Below are positions 30,951 to 42,700 of a stretch of DNA of 55,276 nt, in pieces. This stretch comes from Chromera velia (lineage: Eukaryota). The stretch's first letter is position 1, and every line of letters starts with the position of its first letter. The DNA is taken from NCBI GenBank assembly GCA_018398765.1, contig JAHBMJ010000167.1:1-55276 (forward strand), written 5' to 3'. The notes under the pieces are model-generated. The model saw nothing but the letters and a program-made list of their open reading frames with translations. It made no database searches and was not told the origin of the DNA. Made by a program: the position numbers and the translations under genes.

Positions 30951-31654
30951 GAGGGAGAGAGAGGCGGACAGACAGATAGAAGCACTTTCTGGTTGATCGA
31001 TTCACGACATCGTTTTCCTCCGATTTTTCGTGAGTAGTAAAAACTGGAGCCCAAAACAACAAACTGCTGCCAAATTTCCCTTTGTCTCCGTCCTGCAGAT
31101 ACGGTGGTCACGGCGGTCTGGCAGGAAACTATTTTGGTGAGGGTGAGGTGCGCAACTCCCCCTTCAAGCTGCCCTCTCGAGACGCTCTGAACACATTTGA
31201 CACGATGCACAACAACCTCCAGATGACTTTAGGATTCGGATCGACCAAAAGGAGACGGGGATCCCGAAGTCAGACGCGGCACTCAACTGAAGGGGTCGGT
31301 CCCCGGCCTCTTTGGGGAGGTTGGAAGACACGTGGAAGTGGAAACAGAGAGACAACAAGGATGACCACCGGCGCCGGCTGGGGACTCTCACAGATAGACT
31401 TGGAGAGAACGCGTAGAGGGAGCCTGAAGGGAGCGCGGGAGAAGATGAGCGATTCCCAGTGGATGGAAGCAAAGCGCATGGCTACCCGGCTCTCTACCAA
31501 GTGCCCAGCCCCCTGGACGTCCACTTGTCCCACCCGAGTTGAAGGCGGGTCTTCTCTCTCTCTGGACCTCTCAGAGAGTCTTAACGCAGAAGCATCAGTC
31601 CTTTTGACTCATATTGACGATCTTCTTGACAATTTGCAGCCAGACCAAACGTAA
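28187..31654 (+). CDS. Leucine-rich repeat protein with N-myristoylation-type start, with a frame break near 29160-29210
   Basis: ATG at 28187 gives MGGGAS (G2, S6). More than 10 LxxLxLxxN repeats follow. Downstream exons at about 29208-29364, 29489-29533, 30437-30503 and 31099-31654 are phase-consistent and rebuild LYTLFLQSNRI and LKRLTLE|GNPL across junctions. Confidence 0.85.
29610..30110. repeat. (TTTC)n/(TTTTCTTTC)n pyrimidine microsatellite inside an LRR intron
   Basis: About 500 bp of almost pure C/T. Confidence 0.95.
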
Positions 31655-32508
31655 GTCTGACTAAGTCAAGATTATATGTTAAAAAACTTAAAAATATTGC
31701 ATATGAAATGTAGTATAACAACCAGATACAACCTGCTTCCAACGCCATCTATATTAGAACCTAGATTAGAACATCTTTTACACATGTTGCGCAAGCGTTT
31801 TTACTCAGTTTTTTAAATTAACAGCTAGGCTATAACTGGAACCTATATATACCGCTTTTTTCCTAGTTTTTTTCTTCTTCAATTGTTTTTTTTTTAATTT
31901 AAATGTCGATCAGGCACCTCTAAACCCCGTTTTACATGACGTAGTCATATCTTGGCTTTGCATTCTTAAATAAATTTTTGTTCAACTTTCAAAGAAGATT
32001 GTTTTTTAATTTAGCACACAAAAAACGAATTACTAGTTTTCTCCTCCCTAGCTCACAAACCTATAACATTAAAATGAATCAAGCAACGATCACATTTACA
32101 CGGAACAAATCAATCAATGATTCGGCTAGTGATTCGGACAATCAATCAAAACCAAGTTTCAATTTTGCCTAGCTACAACTTTACGACTTTTTTCATGATA
32201 AGATCCCGATCGATGCATGCCAATGCACAACCGAAGTTCAACAACATTCAAAGTTGTCTATAGACCATTCTCCTTTGAATGCGTCGGAGATTGAGTCCTT
32301 TCTGATCGCAGTGTGCTTCAGTATGGCAAAATGATTTTGTCTGAACTTCGACTCTCGATCAAAGTCCAAAAAGTGGGAGATTGGGGAGAGGAGATCTGTT
32401 CGCGGCCGCCCCACAGCTCTCAATCGTTCAGTGATCAACGGTCAGTGCATGACCATTGAAAATTAAGCGAACAGACTCGAGAAGCAAAAGGGCAAAGACC
32501 GCTCACTT

Positions 32509-32576
32509 GCTGCTGATGGATCAAAGGCAGCGCGCGCAGATGTCTGCGTTTAACGCCGCCCCTTCGTGAGAACAGC
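32509..32576 (-). promoter_or_regulatory. Candidate type-II SECIS element with ACGA core, in the putative 3' UTR of the PUB gene
   Basis: Minus strand reads GCUGUU-CUC-ACGA-AGGGGCGGCGUU-AAA-CGCAG-ACAU-CUGCG-CGCGCUGCCUUU-GA-UCCAUC-AGCAGC. It has a 6-bp helix I, an internal loop, tandem GA/AG pairs, an 11-bp helix II, AAA 12 nt after the core and a 5-bp apical ministem. Confidence 0.7.
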
Positions 32577-33365
32577 CTTTTCACTCTATTGCTCTGCATC
32601 AATCCCTGTTTTCTTTTACCGAGTGCCCTCCCTTGATGCATACACAAACGTATGCACCTCCAAACCGAGAGAGACGTCAAATCAGCCGGGCGGTTCACGC
32701 TGGTCAAGAACTGCGCCGAGAGCTACACGCTTGCAACACACTATGCCGTCGCTCTGGACGCAACAAAAAACTCACGCTCACAAGGAATGCACCTATCAAA
32801 CACACACATGAGGGGAGCCCTCGGTCGTTCTGTTTGGAGAAGCCAACGCGCAAGGATCTCCCGCCTGACTGACCAGCATCTCATCAATCGATAAAAGGAA
32901 GCAGGAACACACACAGTCGAAAACTGAATCTTTTCAGAGCAACTCAACTCTCCATGCAAGGAGCCAAACCCTTGCTTGCTTGCTTGCTACCTGTCTGTCT
33001 GCCCGCGTGGCTGACAGACAACGCATGGCTGAAAGAATAAAGCCCTCCCCCTCGCTTCCTGCCGCCCGCCTCAAAGGTTGCTATCGGTGCGTCTCTCTTT
33101 AAATATCTCTCGACAAGCACCTTTTCTTTCCTATCGTCATGTCTGCGAGACGTATCTGCACATTCCTCGGCTGATCTCGAGACGTCGTTTGATGCGAGTT
33201 GCTTTTCTGTTCCCATGTCTCGATATCTGAATCCCTCCTTCTTCGTTGATTGCGCAGAGGGAAGGAGAAAGAACAAGGACGACCTTCAGGAACATTTATT
33301 TCTTCAACCCACGTGCTCGTGTTTCTTCCTTCTGCGGGCGGCAAAGCAGCTGCAGGGTGGAGGGC

Positions 33366-36300
33366 TTAACGTCAGCCTCTACGGGCGGGTTGAGGAAGGT
33401 CACTCATCCCCTTGATGTTCGATCGACGGGGGGGCTGCTCTCTGATGGGGGGACGGCGGGAAGATCCACTGCTTCCACTACCTCCACCCCCACCAAACAG
33501 GTTATTGAAAAAACCGCCAATACCCCCACCGCCACCTCCTCCACCGCCGCTTGGAGGACGGGGCGCACCCCCTCCGGAGCCGTCAGTCAGGCGCGTGTAG
33601 CCATTTGCGTTTCGCTTCCCTTCGTCTGAAGGATACTGATCAATCCCCCCCCCTCCATTCAGGTATCGCTCTCGTTGCGCTTCTCTGATGGCCTTCAGGT
33701 CTTCCTGTCCTTGGTCTTGCTTGGCAGAGTGGTCGTCTCTCTTCTTGAAATCAAACGCACTCTTCCCTCCCTTCCCACAAACACCCGAGGATGCCGAAGC
33801 CGCCCCTCTGCTGGCAGCTCCGTCGCTTTGCGCACTCGTGGCAGACTGTGCAAGAGACCTGTTGCTGCTGTTTTGGGGAAGGGGGGGCGCAGAGGGAGGA
33901 GGCACGAGGGAACGCTGGATACGGCCGTCGGCAGTCACCGTGGTTGCTGCAGCAGCTCCGGCTGGAGCAGCAGCGGGTTGGCCTGCTCCTGTGGGTCCTG
34001 TGGAGGGTGCGGCCTTGACCTCTTCCTGAAAGAAAGCGTGGATTCAAAAAAGAAGAATGAAGAGAGAGAGGCAGAGAGATCGAGGCACACACACAGATGT
34101 CATGCAGTGAGGAAAAAGAAGGAAGGAAGAAAAGGAAAACCCACCGGCCCCGTTTGCCGTTAATTCTCCGTCTCCCTCAAAAACGCCCATGTACACATAT
34201 GCAACAATCAAATGCGGATGAACATGTAAACATCTGAGTGACAACTAAATGGGAAAAGGGGAGACTTAAAAGGGCGGCAGGAGAGACAGGCATCAGATCT
34301 GGAGAATCCCAGGAAAGGCCCTTCATGAAGACCCGGCCAGATATAGAGACTCAGTAATTGATTCCCCCCGAGGATCCCATTGCTCTCATCCATCCATCCA
34401 TCCATCCATCCATCCCACATGATGAATTAAACCTTGACACTCTCAGGCAAGCACGGCTTCCCCCCCCCGACTTTTCGCTCTCGGTGCCCCTATCTTTCTC
34501 TATCTCTGTCTCCCCACCTCTCTGACTGCCGATCTGCCTTGCTACTGGGCTGCCTACTTGCCTGCCTTCCTCCCCGTTCATCCATCCATCTATATGTCTA
34601 TTTATCTATCCATCCATCCATCCATCCATCCATCCCACATGATGAATTAAACCTTGACACTCTCAGGCAAGCACGGCTCCCCCCCCCGACTTTTCGCTCT
34701 CGGTGCCCCTATCTTTCTCTATCTCTGTCTCCCCACCTCTCTGACTGCCGATCTGCCTTGCTACTGGGCTGCCTACTTGCCTGCCTTCCTCCCCGTTCAT
34801 CCATCCATCTATATGTCTATCTATCCATCCATCCATCTCTCTGTCTATCTATCCATCCATCCATCCATCCATCCATCCATCCATCCATCCATCCAGTTGA
34901 CAGAAACACATACCCACCCACCCACCCGTCTATCTGTCTATTCATCTATCCATCTATCCATCCATCCATCTATCCATCTATCCATCCACTTATCCATTTA
35001 TCCATCCATCCATCCGTCCATCCATCCATCCATCCATCCATCCATCCATCCAGTTGACAGAAACACATACCCNTCCATCCATCCCACATGATGAATTAAA
35101 CCTTGACACTCTCAGGCAAGCACGGCTCCCCCCCCCGACTTTTCGCTCTCGGTGCCCCTATCTTTCTCTATCTCTGTCTCCCCACCTCTCTGACTGCCGA
35201 TCTGCCTTGCTACTGGGCTGCCTACTTGCCTGCCTTCCTCCCCGTTCATCCATCCATCTATATGTCTATCTATCCATCCATCCATCTCTCTGTCTATCTA
35301 TCCATCCATCCATCCATCCATCCATCCAGTTGACAGAAACACATACCCCCCCACCCCCCCATATAATTACCGACCGGGAACGTCTCGATGATGGCCGCAA
35401 TTATGTCGTTGTTCTCTGCAACTACATCTAGGTCTGCCTCCTCAGGAAGCTCGAAACCCTCAGCCGTCTGCAGGGAGTTCCGTTGACAATAAAGTGCATG
35501 CGCATGCATGCAGGTGGAGACAGGAAGGAAAAGGATGTGGTCATCTGGAGAAGCCCTGTATTCCTCTTTGTGTTTCCTTCCTTCCTTTCTTTGGTTTCTG
35601 CTTCCTTCCTTCCTTTTTCCACTCACGCTTTCCTTCCCTCCTTCTTTCTTCCTTCCGTTCTCCCTCCCTCTCCCACCCTCTCCCGTACTGTCCCAGCCCT
35701 CTCTTTTCCTTTTTTTTCTTCCTTCCCTCTTTTCCCATTCTCTCGTCGTTTCGCCCGATGTTCTCCTTTTCTCTCTGCCTCTTTCTCTCTCCCGCTCTTT
35801 GTTGCTCTCTTCCTCCTCTCCCTCCGCCCACCTCTATCTCCGAGTATCTACCCCTTCATCCATCGATCCATCTGCCTCTCTCCTGGCGAGGAGCGAATGC
35901 CACTGAAGAAAAAAACATCCCAGCACTGTCGTCTGCAACCATCCAGTTTGCTTTCTCCCTCCCTCCCACCTTCCCTTGAACCTTCATCCCCCGTCAACTG
36001 ACCTCCGTGAATCCAGAAAGACGCAAAATTTTCACGAACGCATCACCCGCCCTCGATCCATTCAAAAGAAGCTGCAGGACGGGACAAGAGGGAAAGAAAT
36101 GTCGAGAGAGACACACATTCAAGAAGAGCAGACGAAACATCTTCGACGTGGAAAAAAAAACGTCCTAGGGGCACCTTCGTATGCAGAAATCCTCTCCGTT
36201 TCATTCAGCCAGTCAACAGCTTTGACAGAAGAACCGCATGAGTAGGTCTCAGTGTCTGCAAATTCCTTTCCAAACGTCTAAAAAAAATTCATCCATCCGA

Positions 36301-36950
36301 CGCCGTGCACTCATCGGGTCGACCCTTCATTTACTTTCTTTGTCCATCCACCCATCACTCGGCTGACCTTCGCCTTGATCGTTGCATTGGATGTCTTCAC
36401 AACTCGAAACTTCTTCTCGGTGGGGTTCTTCAAAATGCTGCAGACAAGATGGAGGCGGGTGAGCACTGCCATCATGCTATTATGCTATATATCGTCGATC
36501 CGTCTACCTGCCTGCCTTCCTGTCTTGGCTGCCAGACTAAGACTTTCTGTAGAGGAAGTTCTGTTGCTCCGGTGTTCAATGAAAAGAGACCCCATCTTTC
36601 TCTTTGGTCTGACTTTCTTCCAGGCAATGCAATGGCGGCATCCTTGCCTTTGTTCATTGCCCCGTTCCTGCCTCCCAGTCAGCCTTCCACCCACACCCCC
36701 GGGCTCTATTCCCGCCTGCCCTGACTCCTTCATCGACATTACCCGTCCCCCACTGACGCAAGCACACCCTCCTGCGTGTCCTACAATCGACTTCCGATAC
36801 CGCTCTCCGCATTCCAAAAACTGAATGCAGACTCAAGCGTCTCCGGGTACTCACTCACTTTGTCAAAAGCTTCTGCAAGATTTTGAAGGCGTCATGCTTG
36901 GTCTGGTCAGACTCAGCCACCACAGAGATCTCGTTCAAGATCTCCTCCAT
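33366..36950 (-). CDS. PUB-domain protein, probable selenoprotein with penultimate Sec (327 aa if UGA is read through)
   Basis: Five phase-consistent GT-AG exons: 36950-36859, 36437-36368, 36071-36003, 35467-35375 and 34025-33366. The spliced N-terminus [57 protein letters not shown] carries the PUB signature. The C-terminus is Gly/Pro/Arg-rich and ends [19 protein letters not shown](33374-33372)-CGT-TAA. Confidence 0.88.
34388..35347. repeat. Three near-identical ~220-bp units plus (CATC)n inside PUB intron 4
   Basis: 'catcccacatgatgaattaaaccttgacactctcagg' starts at about 34411, 34631 and 35080. An N at 35073 hints at an assembly junction. Confidence 0.9.
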
Positions 36951-37261
36951 GACGCTGCCGCTGTGCTGCCGGCACACGCCAAACCAGAGTCTCCACTACT
37001 TTCTTCCGTGAGCTGATACAGACTGATGTACAATCACGCTGCCCAGTGTCACCCCCAGTTGAGCAACCACAGAGGCAGCAATGAAGGTGCTCGGGGAACG
37101 TACGTCTGGGCCTGGCTTTCTGTCTGTTCTGGGAGCGTACACAGGCACTGAGCTTATATATCACTGCATGCACTTCTTCAGACCCGGCCGAAGCAGCGGA
37201 ATTATATGAGTTACAGTCCGTCTACGCAAATCGGGTATTTAGCTCGGCCTGTTGCTCGCCC

Positions 37262-37404
37262 TGGCCCCGGAAAGCGAGCGAAAGCGCTATGGCCCCGGAA
37301 AGCGAAGCGGGGGGCACTTAGAAAACAGAAATACCCCAGCCCACGTGCACGCTGGCCGGCGTGCGTCAATCGTGAAGTTCTCATTTTTCTTGCTTTCCGG
37401 GGCC
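37262..37404. promoter_or_regulatory. Repeated GGCCCCGGAAAGC motif in the divergent PUB/SEM1 intergenic region
   Basis: Direct copies at 37263-37275 and 37291-37303, and an inverted copy at 37392-37404. Confidence 0.5.
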
Positions 37405-37760
37405 GTTCGCAAGCTTGCTTGCGTCAGATAGCTAAGATTGTGCAACTGCATGCAAAGCTGATTTTGAAGCTTCAACTGTCGCAGTGGATTCTCCTGTGAT
37501 CTGGCCGGAACGATGATCGATCATTGCTCAAGTACATGCAAACTGATCGAGTCCGCATACCAACACTGAGCACAGTTTCAAAAGCTGCGTCCTCATTGAA
37601 GACTCTTGACGGATTTTTTCTGGGGGCCTCACGTCTGCTGTCTTTTATCAACCGGTCTGACCGTAGAAAGTTCCGGTCCCATTTGCACCCTCACCTTCCC
37701 GTGTAGCAATCGCCTGATTTGATTGAGATCTGGACGGAAGGCGGTCAGAGCCTATTAATC

Positions 37761-38968
37761 ATGGCCGCCTCGAAGCAAGGACAGGATGAGCGGATGGGCG
37801 CATCCAATGGGGCGTCTCCTCCGGCAGCCCCCGAGAACACCTTCGAGGACGAGGATGACTTTGAAGAATTTGAGCGTTGTGGTCAGTCGGTTAGTTCAGG
37901 GTCCAGATGATCATGAGTGCCCTCCCTCTGTTTCTCGTATGGCTTTCAAAGTTCAGGTAGCTCAGAGTTGTGTTGCCCAGATGAGGGCTGGAGAAAACGT
38001 AGAAATGAAGTGGAAAGGCGGACTTCAGAAAAGCAGAGTGACATCCTCTCCGATGAAAGAACGAAAATGATAAGTGGACTGCTTGCTCTTCCTGCTGATC
38101 AATCAATTGGGATTTCTGCAGACTACAAAGACGACAACGTGAAGCACGACCTCGGGACCTGGAATAATGCTTGGGATGCAGCAGGTGGGCTGAGTCCAGA
38201 ACCGTCTCTTTTCGTGTGCCGTTGTCTCTGCGTATCTGCCCGCCTGCCCGGTCTTTTTTATTTTTCGCCTGGCTGTGCCTGCCTTGTCGTTCCTCACCGA
38301 TGTTTCTGCTTCTTCCCCCCATGCATACCTCTCTGCCGTCCTGCCTTTTCTGTCCGTCTGTCGGCTGTCTGTGCCCCTGCCTTTCTCTGTGCCCATCTGT
38401 TTCTGATTGTGTTTTGCTTGTTGTCTGGTCATGCCTGTCCGTCTTTCTCTACTCGTATGTATGTGTCTGTTCTGTGATGGAAAGGAAACAGGGGGGGAGG
38501 AAGAACGGCAGAAAGGGCACAAGAAAGAAAAGACAGCAAGGACAAATACAAAACAAGAAAACGAACGAGGGAAGGAGAGAGAGAGAGAGACGAGGGAAGG
38601 GGAGAGAGAGAGAGAGACGAGGGAAGGGGAGAGAGAGAGAGAGAGAGAGAGAGAGATCGAAGGAGAGAGAGAGAGGGAGGGAGAGAGAAACAGTCAGAAA
38701 GGAAGGAAAGAAAGGAAGGGTGGAATGCAAAAAAAGAAACGGTGAAAAAAAGAAAAAACAAACAAAGAAAGGGAGAAAGAGAGAAGAAATAGAAGGGAAC
38801 ATAGAAAAGGATGCAGACACAAAGGGAGGAGGGAAAAAGGAAGTGCAGACGAAAGAAAATGAAAGGGGAAGAGTGGAATAGTCGACGGAAAGAAGTTGTG
38901 CTGCTAGACATGGAGACTGTGAGGGAAGGAGGGGCTGACTCGAAGAAACGCAAGAACTCACGCAGACG

Positions 38969-39012
<44 letters not shown>

Positions 39013-39268
39013 GTGTGCGCGCGCGCGCGTGCGTGCACCAGTTGAGATGAATTCTTTTTGGATTCTCACATAGATTGCGTTAGTTCCCTCTCATCCCCTC
39101 TCTGCCATGATCGTTGCAGGCTGGGACGATGAGGACCCTCATGACGAGTTCACCAGGCAGCTGAAAGCCGAATTGGACAGGCAGCTGAAGGTCGAGTACG
39201 ACAAAGCCCTTCAGAAAAGGAAAGGAGTGCAGCCAAACAGACCAGCTGGAGGCCCGGCGACCAACTAA
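37761..39268 (+). CDS. SEM1: DSS1/SEM1 family protein (26S proteasome lid subunit), 110 aa
   Basis: Exons 37761-37881, 38122-38184 and 39120-39268 splice in phase to FEDEDDFEEFERCD...GTWNNAWDAAGWDDEDPHDEFTRQLKAELDR. This matches the DSS1 EEDDEFEEF...W..NWDD....DDF..QL.AEL pattern. Confidence 0.93.
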
Positions 39269-40148
39269 TTAAACGAATAAAGGCGGGAATACGTTCATAG
39301 TCCGGGTCATTGAATTTCAGCTCTGACAGGCTTGACGCTTCAGCTGATGGATGCTTATGCTTCTAGCTAAGATTGACTTGCTTTATCTATCATTATCTTG
39401 CAAAAAAATAACATCAATTTAAGCTAGTGAGTAAGCTAGTAGTTAAGTTTAATTATCTTGAACAAGATCTTAAAGTTTGTGCCAGTGTTTAGGATTATTT
39501 TAGGATTAGGATTGATTGATTGATTGATTTATACCCAGAAGATTGGCCTCCCGGCCCAATGCCTAGCGCAATGCCGAATGTCCGAATGTTGTTGTCGAAT
39601 CTATCATGATAGGGCTAGATCTATAAGGCGTATACTAGTATGCACTATAATAGACTATAAAAAGAGAAAAAAAAAAATATTTTTTGCTATTGTTTTCCAG
39701 AGAGACGCGATCGTCTTTTTGTCTGGTCTCTCTATTCGGCGGCGAACTCTCTAGCTAGGCTACCCACATTTTAAAAAAAAAGGAAATTGAGCTAAAAACC
39801 TAATTAATTTTTTTTTTTTTTTTTCATTTTCGACGTTCACATCTTGGTCAGAGTTGTTAAGTCCCGACAAACCTCAGTACCGAAATCCGATACCGACCCC
39901 CCGATCCGAAATTTTTCGGTACTTTTGGTACCTTTTCGATACTTTCGGTACCGGCTTTTTTACATATTCAAAACAGGTTTTTAGAACTCTTTACAGACTG
40001 TTTATACGCCGTTAGGACACTGGAATGCTCAAAGATGACTAGCATAAACTTTTGATGTCTAATTTGAAGCGCGAGGGGGGGGTGCGCGCCTGTATGGGCC
40101 GCGGCGTGCGGGCCTTGGGCCGCGCATTGTATGTGTCTCGCGTATCCT

Positions 40149-41420
40149 TAGTGACCATGTTTGATTTGATTTGATTTGATTTGATTTGATTTGAGGTAGG
40201 GCTTAAGCTCAAATCAAATATCTAGTCAGGGAGGACCTAGTGTTTAAAGACCTATCAAATATGATCAAATATTTGATCAATATGACTTTCAACCTCAAAT
40301 ATGAAGGTCCCAAAAAAACTTTTGCAAGTACCGATCCATCACGCATGCTGATTCAAATGAAAAAACCTAAATCTTGATGGTTTGCTCTCAAAAAAAAAAT
40401 GTTTTGAGCTGCACTGAAATTGACGTTTCATCCCTTTTTACTTCATGCAGAGGTAAACCGATCAGCTGAACGTTTTTCCGAACAGCTGTGTTGACTTTTC
40501 TGGTGCTGGAACATCTTTTACGGCCCCCTTTTTGAGCATCTGCAAACATTTTACACCCCGCAAAGACATGTCACACAATCCGACAGGGTCGAACGGGAAG
40601 AAGGAGGCATTTGTTTTTAGAGTCGGGTACGCAAAAAAAATATGGTCCGTGCAAAAGGGGGCAAATGTGATTCAGTGTCAGGTGAAAATACAAGAAGCCG
40701 AAGGGGAAGGAGAAACTATTTGTGGCTGTGAGTATGCAGCAGCAATGTGTGCGCGGTTCTCCGTCTCACCCCATTGTCATCTCTCCGCAAGCGAATAGAA
40801 GCCCAGGAGCACCCACTCCTGGAAAGCCGAAAAGCCAGAGAAAAAGCTCTCAACAGCTCCCACCACCGATCGATTCGATTCATATTGAAGAAAGTGATCA
40901 TGAAGAAGAAGAAAAGGAAGTGCCATAAAGCTAAGTGATTGTCACCTTAATTTTGGTATGTGCTCTAACTTTATCATATCAACAAAAAGTCATATGCAAT
41001 TTCAAATATATCAATTTTACGTTCTTAATCTCTATTAGTACTAGAGTGAGTCTCAGTGACTAGTGTACATACACTGCCATACAGGCACATTTTTTTTACG
41101 GAACTGATAAGTTATAATTTTATATGTATTTTTTTAAATTTTTGAAACACACATCAGAAATGTTCTGATAACTATTATCATAAACTGATAAGTTTTAATT
41201 TTATACATATTTTTTTTAATTTTTGAAACACACATCAGAAATGTTCTGATAACTATTGTTATGAGAAAAATGATCAGAGTGACAGTAAGTTAGTGACTCA
41301 GTAAGGAACCTTAAGAGGTTAACCTCAAATCTTACCTCAAATATCAAATATTTGAGGTTGAAGCTCAAATCAAATCAAATCAAATCAAATCAAATATAAT
41401 CAAACCAAACATGGTCACTA
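40149..41420 (+). mobile_element. Internally deleted hAT-type element nested in the 39849-42129 element
   Basis: Perfect 15-bp TIR TAGTGACCATGTTTG. Perfect 8-bp TSD cgtatcct at 40141-40148 and 41421-41428. (TTTGA)n/(TCAAA)n subterminal arrays, and an ~81-bp tandem duplication at 41102-41257. Confidence 0.93.
40568..40938 (+). pseudogene. Frameshifted N-terminal transposase fragment, BED-finger-like
   Basis: KKIW...VIQCQV...ICGCEY...HCHL/RKRIEAQEH gives a W, C..C, H..H spacing reminiscent of a BED zinc finger, and it sits inside a hAT-type element. Motif match by eye only. Confidence 0.45.
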
Positions 41421-42226
41421 CGTATCCTCACATGGATGCAGAACTGCCATCTGAAGCATCACCGTCTTCTTACATGAATTTTAGGGCTATACACGTGCAC
41501 CGCCACAAAAAAAACAAGAGAGTGTGTGCCTGCCCCCCGTTTCGTCCTCTCCGTTTGGCTGTCTGTCTGTCCTCTCCGTTTGGATGAGCCTTCTTTCCTG
41601 CTTTTTCCGTGTGTGTGTGTGTTTTATTCATGCGTCAGATCACACGAGGGAGGGAGTGTATGTGTGTCACCAGCCTCTGTGCAAGTCAGTGTATCACATC
41701 CGACTCGGCATGATCTGAGTCCATTGTCCGGCCGACCGATTTCGACGTGGCGACGCATCTGTTGCCATGTATTGCCATGCAGCATGCATCGATCTGATTC
41801 GATCAGCCTCAAGAGCATGCATCCTTGATTCATGTAAGCAAACAGTTCTACACATAGGTTTTATGCCTCAATCCATAGACCGTTTTAGAAGACAAAAGTC
41901 GTAGAACAATCAAAAAAGCTAGAAAAGACTTTCTTAATTTTAATTTATCATTGTATTTTGTTTATTTTGTTTTATGAAGTGTGTTTAAATGATATTATAA
42001 CATCAGACTACATGTGATTTTTAAGTTTGAGAGTTATTTAGGTTGGTGCTGAAAGATCCGATCTGAAATCCGATACCGACCCCCCCTCTGGTACCGAGGT
42101 ACCGAAAGTACCGAGACTTAACAACACTGCATCTTGGTCCTCAAAGTCAGCCTAGTGCTAGGCCTAGTACCTAGACTAGTGTGTCTGAGCAAGTCTCCCA
42201 CAGCTCTTCAGCTCTCCCGCGAACCG

Positions 42227-42700
42227 AACCTCCCTAAACCTAAGTGCCACTTAAAAAAATATAATCAAGATGATCTCCATCTGCGGTACTATAAGCTCCC
42301 CATACGTAAAAAAATAAAAAAGTTAATTGCCCCAAATCACTTTTACTTTTTATTTATTTATTTATTTTTTTTAAAACAGACAGTGTCAGACACTTCAAGT
42401 TTAAAGCTCAAAGCCTATAGCTGGCACATAAAAATGAAAAAATAAAAAAACTAATTTTGGTTTTGGCCAAAAATTATTTATTTATTTTTTTACGTATGGG
42501 GAGCCTAGCTGCAGCATCGTTTTTCAAGAGACCGTTCACCCTTGCGGCATACACGGTCAAGACACCATCCAGATATGCGGCTCTAGATGCGGTTTTGGCT
42601 TTCAAGACACCGTAAATGATCCACGCCTGCGGCGCAGACTTTCAAGCTTATCCAAAAATGCGGCTTAAACTTTTAAGTGGTAGTTAGGTTCAGGGAAGTT
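42227..42700. mobile_element. MITE family 1, second copy (inverted relative to 8040-8271), interrupted by another MITE
   Basis: TIRs AACCTCCCTAAACCTAA / TTAGGTTCAGGGAAGTT. The interior aligns with the reverse complement of 8040-8271. Decayed 8-bp TSD gcgaaccg/aggaaccg. Confidence 0.88.
42294..42505. mobile_element. MITE family 2 nested in the family-1 copy
   Basis: 24-bp TIR GCTCCCCATACGTAAAAAAATAAA at 42295-42318 and 42481-42504. TA on both flanks. The segment is absent from the 8040-8271 copy. Confidence 0.88.

Larger units (their letters stand above)
39849..42129. mobile_element. Non-autonomous TIR element (outer) with 9-bp TSD
   Basis: TIRs CAGAGTTGTTAAGTCCCG / CGAGACTTAACAACACTG match at 16/18. 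Perfect TSD catcttggt at 39840-39848 and 42130-42138. Subterminal TACCGA/TCGGTA repeats at both ends. Confidence 0.9.

Noticed and set aside
33090..33145. AUGA-containing hairpin closer to the PUB stop (minus strand AUGACGAUAGG...CUUGUCGAGAG) as an alternative SECIS
   Set aside because: The stem is only about 7 bp and out of register with the GA pair, so it lacks the 11-13-bp helix II.
34411..35347. Three-unit repeat as a CRISPR array or mobile element
   Set aside because: No unique spacers, TIRs or TSDs. The context is a eukaryotic intron, and the N suggests a possible assembly artefact.
36170..36260. Alternative PUB exon containing a TGA (LLTG*MKRRGF)
   Set aside because: Exon 36071-36003 has better splice sites, no stop, and supplies the PUB GF motif.
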